From: an uncultured Candidatus Saccharibacteria bacterium
GTDB taxonomy: Bacteria; Patescibacteriota; Saccharimonadia; Saccharimonadales; JANWIN01
Direction: 5' to 3'
NCBI GenBank assembly: GCA_964520375.1
Contig: CAZFNQ010000003.1
Location: 1 to 45,339, forward strand
Length of the DNA: 45,339 bases
How positions within the stretch are numbered: position 1 is the first letter of the stretch; every line of letters begins with the position of its first letter. Positions 39,132 to 45,339 of the stretch are shown here, in pieces. The notes below the pieces were generated by a model that saw only the letters and a list, made by a program, of their open reading frames with translations, was not told the origin of the DNA and did no database searches. The position numbers were made by a program, and so were the translations under genes.

Positions 39132-39920
39132 CTAACCGATATAGTGATGGGCAATAATAATAACCGTTCCCAGCACGGCGGCGCCAAAAGCTACCAAGGC
39201 CGTAGGGATGTCCATTATCTTTGGTTTTTCGCGGGCTGCATTGATGCTAGGAATAATGTCGCTGGCGGCAATATATATAAAGAAGCCGGCGGTTGATCCT
39301 ATAAGTACTCCTAGTAAAGTAGTGTTTGACCGAGCAACTTCATAAAACAAAATTGTACCAATAGCCGTGACTATCACGGCCACGCCGTGAACTGACACCA
39401 CTCCCCACCGACGCATTCCCCGTGATAATAAATAACCGGAGTCTGCCATTTCTCTGGGAATTTCATGAAGCGCTACGGCGATAGTTGTGATGACGCCGGT
39501 ACTGGAACTAACCAAAAAAGCCGCTGCGATCGCTCCGCCGTCTATAAAATTATGCAGCCAATTGCCACCGACAGCCAGCGCCACAATAGGGTTTGTTTGT
39601 CTGGTGTGCCTGGACTTATTTTCAAAAGGTTCTTTACCGTGATGATGAAACCAGTGCAGCCAGCCTTCTAAAATAAAAAAGCCTATAACGCCTACCAAAG
39701 CTGATGTCAGAACCAGCTGCGGATTATAGTTTTCAACACCGTCATGCAAAAAGTCCAGGAAGGCAGCAGCCAGCAAGGCGCCGGCTGCAAACGGTGTAGC
39801 GTACTCCTCTAAGAAACTGACAACTTTTCTACGAGCCAGTAGCATGGTGCTAGAAATAAAAACTAGAACATCACCGATCAGTGATATAGCCAAAACAATA
39901 ATAAGTGCTGGATGCGTCAT
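39132..39920 (-). CDS. ZIP family metal transporter (start revised to ATG 39920)
   Basis: FAAGALL, HWFHHH loop, HNFIDG, HEIPRE, FIYIAASDIIP. Confidence 0.92.
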   Translation of the reverse strand: MTHPALIIVLAISLIGDVLVFISSTMLLARRKVVSFLEEYATPFAAGALLAAAFLDFLHDGVENYNPQLVLTSALVGVIGFFILEGWLHWFHHHGKEPFENKSRHTRQTNPIVALAVGGNWLHNFIDGGAIAAAFLVSSSTGVITTIAVALHEIPREMADSGYLLSRGMRRWGVVSVHGVAVIVTAIGTILFYEVARSNTTLLGVLIGSTAGFFIYIAASDIIPSINAAREKPKIMDIPTALVAFGAAVLGTVIIIAHHYIG

Positions 39921-39953
39921 GTTTACTGCTATATTATGGGTCTTTGGTGACTT

Positions 39954-39970
39954 TTGCAATATTTTTGCAA
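39954..39970. promoter_or_regulatory. Putative Fur/Zur operator
   Basis: TTGCAA-TATTT-TTGCAA between divergent ZIP and Fur-family genes. Confidence 0.6.
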
Positions 39971-40011
39971 TTTGAACTAAAATTGTATAGAGTTATAGAG
40001 GTAACATTTTT

Positions 40012-40428
40012 ATGGAAGCTAAAAGATTTAAAACTTTACTGAAGCAAAATGACCATTTTATAACCCAACCACGGCTTCGTCTGTTTAGTATTCTGCAAAA
40101 GCACCCTGCCCTAAGTATGCAGCAGCTTATCCCTATGCTGGAGGATCATGATCAAGTAACGGTCTATAGAAATATAGATTTGTTTGAGAAACTCGGTATT
40201 GTTAACCGTATTAGGTTGGGTTGGCACACCAAAATCGAGTTAAGTGATATTTTTATGCACCATCATCACCATTTTAGCTGCTTGAATTGTGGGCTAGTAA
40301 TTGATTTGCCGGATGACATGGTCATTGAGAAACAAATAGCTCAGCTTGGCGCCAATAAGCAGTTCAAGGCCATGGATCACCAACTGGAAATCCGTGGCCT
40401 GTGTGCTAACTGTCAAATTAGACTATAG
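40012..40428 (+). CDS. Fur-family regulator, probably Zur-like
   Basis: TQPR, TVYRN, HHHHHF.C..CG, C-terminal C..C; divergent from ZIP. Confidence 0.9.
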   Translation: MEAKRFKTLLKQNDHFITQPRLRLFSILQKHPALSMQQLIPMLEDHDQVTVYRNIDLFEKLGIVNRIRLGWHTKIELSDIFMHHHHHFSCLNCGLVIDLPDDMVIEKQIAQLGANKQFKAMDHQLEIRGLCANCQIRL

Positions 40429-40461
40429 ACATAAGTCCTTATTTGTGGTAATATTAGTTTT

Positions 40462-41085
40462 ATGACTTCTCCAGAATTTGATCAGTCTGACCCCAATAAG
40501 CAGTTTTTTGATGCCAGTTATGAGGCTACTCAGTTACAGCTTGCAATTACCGAGAAAGCTATCGGAATTGATGCGTTATTAGCTGCTGCCGACGAGGAAG
40601 AGCTTGCGATAGAAACTTTAATTGGGTTATCAGAGGAAGAACTTACCCTATTTTTACTGCAACAGGAACAGTCTGGCATTATCCCTGAATATGTTGGCGT
40701 AGAAATTATCGCGGTCCAAGTTTCACTGATGATTGGAGAGAGGGTGGAAGCTCCTCATGGTTATGACTTTTTAAGTGTTGGTGCCGGAGAATTGTGGCTT
40801 AATAAAACCACTGATTTAGGTGATCACATATCAAGGAGTAAGGATATTGTGATTATAGGTAATGGGCAAAATACTGATCTTACACAAAAGAATAATCTTA
40901 TGGACAATAGCCTAAGCTTTAAACCTTTATCAGTAGAATCAGTTGAGCCTGAGATATCCCTAGATGAAGCCAATAGTTATCTTATGTCTTACTTGAAGGC
41001 TGCAAAAGAACTTTTAGCATCAGATCCAGATGAACTTAAAAGAATGATTGAATCAAGAATTGAATCTCAAGGTAAAATTATTTAG
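40462..41085 (+). CDS. Acidic hypothetical protein
   Basis: AT-rich ORF; TAGACA-17-TAATAT promoter ending 7 nt before ATG. Confidence 0.7.
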   Translation: MTSPEFDQSDPNKQFFDASYEATQLQLAITEKAIGIDALLAAADEEELAIETLIGLSEEELTLFLLQQEQSGIIPEYVGVEIIAVQVSLMIGERVEAPHGYDFLSVGAGELWLNKTTDLGDHISRSKDIVIIGNGQNTDLTQKNNLMDNSLSFKPLSVESVEPEISLDEANSYLMSYLKAAKELLASDPDELKRMIESRIESQGKII

Positions 41086-41130
41086 CTTATTGTCCTCGTT
41101 TAAGGGATTTTCTTTCAAATCAAGCTACAT

Positions 41131-41158
41131 AAAAGGAGCCCCGGACAAACCGGAGCTC
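41131..41158 (-). terminator. Rho-independent terminator
   Basis: GAGCUCCGG-UUUGU-CCGGGGCUC followed by CUUUU on the minus strand. Confidence 0.7.
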
Positions 41159-41178
41159 AGTGGAAGCCTCACACTTCC
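41131..41178 (-). ncRNA. Candidate ~48-nt small RNA
   Basis: TTGAAA-17-TAGTCT promoter; GGAAG/CUUCC hairpin then terminator hairpin. Confidence 0.35.
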
Positions 41179-41852
41179 GTACTTAGACTAGTCCAGCGCT
41201 TATGCTTTTTCAAGCGTTTTTTATGGGCTTTATTGGCAGTCCATAAGTGTTGCAGGCTAGCAATTAAAACCCCTAGCGCCACACCGCCAATTACATCCAG
41301 TGGAGCATGTACTCCTAGGTAAACTCGTGAGATAGCAACAGTAACAATCCAAGTTGGTACCAGCCAATAATACTTCTTTGGAAGATAAGGAAGAATGGTC
41401 AAAGCCAGCACCGTGGCCATTGCTGTATGACCCGATGGGAAACCATTACCAATTGCAAATGGTTCGCGCGGTGCGATAGTTTGAGGGTAAAAAAACTGCG
41501 GACGTGGCCTGCCCACAATATGTTTAAGATACTCTACGGCGATATAGGTTATTGCACCGTTTAAGAGTATTTTGTGAGCCAGTCCCTTTATGTGATTAGC
41601 TAGCGAAATAAGACACAGAATTAGCACCATCCAAGCGCTGCCCAGCTGAGTTATAGTTAAAAATATTGGCCTAAGACCAATTGGCAGGTTGTAAAATACC
41701 TTAAAAGTTGAGTACTCCCAGCCGGTAAAGGTCTGATTCGCGGCGATAGTGGCGGTTAGAGATAAAATTAACAAACTGCCCAACGATATTAGGGCATGGT
41801 TTTTAGGTCTTAAATGTCTGGCTTCTGCAGTTTTTTTGTGTTTTGAAACCAC
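41169..41852 (-). CDS. PAP2-family membrane phosphatase (start revised to GTG 41852)
   Basis: K..VGRPRP, FPSGH, SRVYLGVHAPLDV. Confidence 0.93.
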   Translation of the reverse strand: MVSKHKKTAEARHLRPKNHALISLGSLLILSLTATIAANQTFTGWEYSTFKVFYNLPIGLRPIFLTITQLGSAWMVLILCLISLANHIKGLAHKILLNGAITYIAVEYLKHIVGRPRPQFFYPQTIAPREPFAIGNGFPSGHTAMATVLALTILPYLPKKYYWLVPTWIVTVAISRVYLGVHAPLDVIGGVALGVLIASLQHLWTANKAHKKRLKKHKRWTSLSTEV

Positions 41853-41877
41853 GCTGCTATTATACGTTAAATACTGC

Positions 41878-42453
41878 TTATGGTTTAGATACAAACTCGT
41901 TGTCAGCCAAATAAAAACGCCAGGGTTGATTAACGGCCTGCTTAATTCCGATTCTGGTTGTCTGGATTATTTTGCCAGTATTTCTGCCAGGCTCTAAGCG
42001 CAAATTGCCACTGTTAAGTAAGTTGGCGCCATAGTCTTGTTTAGTAATACCCAACGCTTGGACTAATTTAGCTGGACCATTACATAATTCGCTGATATTT
42101 TCCCTGTTTCGTCTGTGCTTCATTAATTCAATTCCTTCAATTGGCTGTAGAGCCCGGATTAAAACCGCTTGACCGTCTCCTGCCTTGCCAGTGACTATGT
42201 TGAAGCAATAGTGCATCCCGTAAGTAAAATAAATGTAGGCGTGCCCTGGTGGGCCGAACATGATTTTGTTACGAACTGTCGGCCCCCTGAAAGTATGGCT
42301 AGCTGGATCTTGGCTCGTATAAGCTTCTGTTTCGACTATAATGCCACTAGTCAAACCTTCTGAAGTTTCGTGCGTTAGTTTGAATCCCAGAAGTCCTTGG
42401 GCAGCTCTGACTGCATTAGAAAGTAAATCATTTCTATTGGATCTGATCATCAT
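41878..42453 (-). CDS. DNA-3-methyladenine glycosylase (MPG/AAG type; start revised to ATG 42453)
   Basis: IVETEAY, YIYFTYGMHYCFN, AVLIRA, GPAKL, RIGI, WRF. Confidence 0.93.
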   Translation of the reverse strand: MMIRSNRNDLLSNAVRAAQGLLGFKLTHETSEGLTSGIIVETEAYTSQDPASHTFRGPTVRNKIMFGPPGHAYIYFTYGMHYCFNIVTGKAGDGQAVLIRALQPIEGIELMKHRRNRENISELCNGPAKLVQALGITKQDYGANLLNSGNLRLEPGRNTGKIIQTTRIGIKQAVNQPWRFYLADNEFVSKP

Positions 42454-42526
42454 AAATATCTTAGGCAAGTATACTCTTGCTATGTACTGTCGCCTGTCTT
42501 AACATATACGTAAGCAGCTTGAAATT

Positions 42527-43105
42527 ATGCAGCCAGAACCAAACCAGTCAAATAAAAACCCAACTGAGCAAGCATCAGCTTCTACATCACCGACACCGCC
42601 GGATTCTTCTACACCTACCATCGGCATAACGCCACAAGTTCAGGCACCGGCTCAACCACAACAGTTAAGCCAACCTATGGCTCCGCCGGTGTCTAGCAAT
42701 AAATCGACGGAAAAAGTTATTAGCCGTGTAAAGGGTTTAAAACTATATTTTATAATTGCTTTGATTGGTTTGTGGCTAATTCCAATATTTTTTTTGGCTA
42801 TGGCTATTTTTTCGACGAAAACCAATAATGCAGGTGGAGAAATGACTTCAAGTCTTGGGTTATTCTTTTTAACACCTGCTATTATGATTTTTACAGTCGT
42901 TTGGGTAATCATCTTCTTGAGTCATAATCCAAAAAGGGTTACTAGATTTCTGCTTGCCTTGTTAATCATTGGGATATTTAACCTAATATCAATACTGCCG
43001 AATCTAACAAAACACTTAGTTACAACCTTAGTTGGTATTTTCATTAGTTTGGCTTGGGAGTACTGGACATACAGTCTCTGGGTTAAAGTGCGTCAACTAG
43101 CATAG
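42527..43105 (+). CDS. Membrane protein with P/Q/S/T-rich N-terminus and about 4 TMs
   Basis: Composition and hydrophobic segments. Confidence 0.75.
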   Translation: MQPEPNQSNKNPTEQASASTSPTPPDSSTPTIGITPQVQAPAQPQQLSQPMAPPVSSNKSTEKVISRVKGLKLYFIIALIGLWLIPIFFLAMAIFSTKTNNAGGEMTSSLGLFFLTPAIMIFTVVWVIIFLSHNPKRVTRFLLALLIIGIFNLISILPNLTKHLVTTLVGIFISLAWEYWTYSLWVKVRQLA

Positions 43106-43124
43106 AGACGCACACCATTAATGT

Positions 43125-43403
43125 CTATAGAAATCGGCCTGCTAAAAGCAGCAATAATACCAGCAGCCCTATAAGCCGGCGGAAGTAGTTGACACCTTTT
43201 GTTAATTCCAAAACAGCCCAAACTATTAATGACAACAGCGATACGTAGCTAAGCAGCTTTTGCGGCCAACCTAGAGGCAAAAACCAACCAGCTACCATGG
43301 TTATAAACCACGTTGCTAACCAAATATTAGGACTTTGCCAAACAATTACTTTGCCTTGAACGTCTTCCCAGAATTTTTGGCTGAAGTTTCGACTTGAGTT
43401 CAT
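43125..43403 (-). CDS. Small membrane protein
   Basis: WQSPN..L..W, WAVLE..KGVNYFRR; about 3 TMs; TACAAT upstream. Confidence 0.75.
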   Translation of the reverse strand: MNSSRNFSQKFWEDVQGKVIVWQSPNIWLATWFITMVAGWFLPLGWPQKLLSYVSLLSLIVWAVLELTKGVNYFRRLIGLLVLLLLLAGRFL

Positions 43404-43485
43404 AATGCTTTGTCTATTGTACGTGGCTTAGGCAACAATGCCAGTTACTAATACCTATAAACAAGATATAACTGAGGCTAAGCGA

Positions 43486-44133
43486 TTACAACAAGACATT
43501 CACAGCTCGGGCAGTTACCAACACGACAACTACAAGTGAGGTCATAGATTGCGAGGTCATTAGTAACTTGGCACGGTGTGTTAATGGCATGGAATCGGTT
43601 GGGCTAAAAGCTGAGGCGTTGGTGATTGATACGTATAAATAGTCAAAAAAGGCAGGCTGCCAATTGGTCTGTTTAGTGGCTTCCCTGCTGGCAGTCATTT
43701 GCGGAAATAAAAAATCACGTTTTTCTTGTTCGACATTATCGAGTTCCCAGTACCAAAGTCCAAACATAATAATGTTGGTTAGGTAAATAGTTACAGCCGA
43801 TACTAAAAGTTGATGGCCGCTAATTGTGCTGCCATTAAATAGCGCATCTAAAATTATGATAAGCGACCCCAGGTTTACGGCTGAAATAAGTGCGATTAGA
43901 GCTACCGCTAGGGTTCGGCGAACACGTAGACGAGCCGAGTGCTCACCCGGCTTAATGATTGCTAGCGCCAGTAGTAGCAGTACTTCAAAGCCAGCTATAG
44001 CATACTTAGGACCCAGAGCTAGGTCATTGCTAAGAGTAAGTTGTAAACCAATGGCAACTAACACCGCCGCTTGTACATGCCAGATGGGCTCGTTAAGGCG
44101 CAGATTTTTGTGATGCAGGTGCGCAAGTTTCAT
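43486..44133 (-). CDS. DUF1345-like membrane protein
   Basis: DFLFPQ, WQPAFFDYLY.S.TNA.AFSPTD.MPLT..AK.LM. Confidence 0.8.
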   Translation of the reverse strand: MKLAHLHHKNLRLNEPIWHVQAAVLVAIGLQLTLSNDLALGPKYAIAGFEVLLLLALAIIKPGEHSARLRVRRTLAVALIALISAVNLGSLIIILDALFNGSTISGHQLLVSAVTIYLTNIIMFGLWYWELDNVEQEKRDFLFPQMTASREATKQTNWQPAFFDYLYVSITNASAFSPTDSMPLTHRAKLLMTSQSMTSLVVVVLVTARAVNVLL

Positions 44134-44200
44134 TGATTTTCAGTATACACCACAGCTGGTCATTACAGATACAACTTGCTACAATACAGCCTGTTAATAA

Positions 44201-44274
44201 TGGGGAATGGCCAAGCGGTAAGGCACTGGGTTCTGGTCCCAGGATCGGGGGTTCGAATCCCTCTTCCCCAGCCA
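44201..44274 (+). tRNA. tRNA-Gln (anticodon CTG)
   Basis: Acceptor TGGGGAA/TTCCCCA, anticodon arm CTGGG-TTCTGGT-CCCAG, GTTCGAATC, encoded CCA. Confidence 0.97.
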
Positions 44275-44394
44275 AAGCAAAGTAGAGCAATATTAGTCAG
44301 TAAAGTCTAGCTTTTAAGAATTCGGATGAAAAGTGAAGGTTTTTTAACCTTCTAGTGTAGCCAAATGGTCTATACTTAAACTGAAGGAGGGTTT

Positions 44395-44739
44395 ATGAAA
44401 AAGTTTTTAATTCTATACTTTTCGCCAACTTCAGCCGAAGAGCGAATCGGGCAGGCTGGCATGGACAAAATGAAAGCCAGCATGGCAGAGTGGATGGAGT
44501 GGAAGGATAGGCATGGTGACGCATTGGTTGATTTTGGGTCACCAGTGAAACCATCAAAGAAACTAGACAAAGGGGCTGTTGAGGAAGACCAGGGCTGGAC
44601 GACCGGCTATTCGCTAATTCAAGCCGAGGATTTGGACCAAGCGGTTGAAATCATGAAAGATCACCCTAATTTTAAAAACCCTGAAGGTCCTGGCATCGAA
44701 ATCTTGGAATATGTCTCCATGCCTGGTATGCCAGAGTGA
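44395..44739 (+). CDS. YCII-related protein
   Basis: W..W...L.D.G.P, GYSLIQAEDLDQAVEI..DHP; AGGAGG RBS. Confidence 0.75.
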   Translation: MKKFLILYFSPTSAEERIGQAGMDKMKASMAEWMEWKDRHGDALVDFGSPVKPSKKLDKGAVEEDQGWTTGYSLIQAEDLDQAVEIMKDHPNFKNPEGPGIEILEYVSMPGMPE

Positions 44740-44867
44740 ACAAAGGCTGAAAACGTTCCTGACCGGCGTGCCCAGCCAAGAAGATTTCCTAAAGTGACTT
44801 TGATTCTTACTGTCGTGAACCTGATGGTATGTACTTAACGGCTTTATAGACTATAATCATAACTATA

Positions 44868-45339
44868 TTGAGTAACAAACATCAAAAATCATTCATAGTT
44901 TCAAAACTGATATTAATTTTTGCCTTTGCTTTTCTAATGACATTTTTCTTTGGTGGCGATGCTCGTGCCGCCACGACTTTTACTGTGAACTCTACCACCG
45001 ATGCTGTTGATAACAATATTGGAAATGGGGTTTGCGAAACGGCCACTCCCAGTCAATGCACTTTGCGCGCTGCTGTCCAAGAAGCTAACGCGCTTGCCGG
45101 TACCGATACAATACTAATCCCGGCTGGTACATTCAGCCTTACAATAGCCGGCATATCTGAGAATGCGGCGGCCACCGGCGACCTGGACATCACATCAAAT
45201 ATTAACTTTTCCAAGACGGGTGCCGGCACAGTTACGATCAACAGTGCGTTTACCAACGAGCGCCTCTTCGATGCCCCAAGCGGTACACCAACCGTAAACA
45301 TGTCCGGGATCACCTTGAGCAATCCAAGTAGTAATCAAC
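44868..45339 (+). CDS. Secreted CSLREA-domain protein, 3'-truncated by window end
   Basis: Manual translation from TTG 44868: signal peptide ending ARA, FTVNSTTD, C....CTLRAAVQEAN, GDLDIT; TATAAT at 44852-44857. Confidence 0.85.
   Translation, partial: MSNKHQKSFIVSKLILIFAFAFLMTFFFGGDARAATTFTVNSTTDAVDNNIGNGVCETATPSQCTLRAAVQEANALAGTDTILIPAGTFSLTIAGISENAAATGDLDITSNINFSKTGAGTVTINSAFTNERLFDAPSGTPTVNMSGITLSNPSSNQ

Noticed and set aside
44093-44290. 65-aa ORF (AGEEGFEPP...)
   Set aside because: Antisense translation of the tRNA
44335-44352. GAAGGTT-tttt-AACCTTC hairpin after the tRNA
   Set aside because: Weak stem with no following U-tract; function not supportable
402-45322. Many short ORF-track entries antisense to or inside identified genes (e.g. 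3194-3526, 12451-12867, 22115-22708, 45053-45322)
   Set aside because: Shadow frames of well-supported genes, with no recognisable motifs or initiation signals
44201-45339. tRNA-anchored genomic island
   Set aside because: No att duplication or integrase visible within the window
1-45339. Alternative genetic code (UGA=Gly)
   Set aside because: Conserved genes are intact in code 11, and TGA ends genes at expected positions (e.g. pheS, gatA, pfkB)

Overview
Gene-dense chromosomal segment with short intergenic spacers, read in standard code 11 (TGA acts as stop). Gene content and protein style suggest Patescibacteria/CPR, most likely Saccharimonadia (inference, not database-verified). Core genes: dnaE, gatC-gatA-(hyp)-gatB, uvrB, a gap-rpiB-rpe-tktN-tktC-fba-pfkB sugar-phosphate operon, ppa, trxB, NrdH-like redoxin, FKBP PPIase, ABC exporter, pheS-pheT, yajQ, rmuC, VKOR, ZIP plus Fur/Zur, PAP2, MPG and tRNA-Gln(CTG). 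I saw no integrase, transposase, CRISPR array or rRNA. Best leads: (i) a tandem pair of diverged secreted paralogs, each with a near-identical promoter+RBS cassette (32.2-33.7 kb); (ii) flanking stand-alone PurF-like and PyrD-like enzymes with altered conserved motifs; (iii) a candidate ~48-nt two-hairpin small RNA with its own sigma70-type promoter inside the 3' end of the PAP2 gene; (iv) widespread leaderless gene architecture; (v) NrdR-type and Fur/Zur-type operators plus other palindromes abutting -10 boxes; (vi) scattered orphan genes with acidic N-termini. All family calls are from motif recognition by eye.
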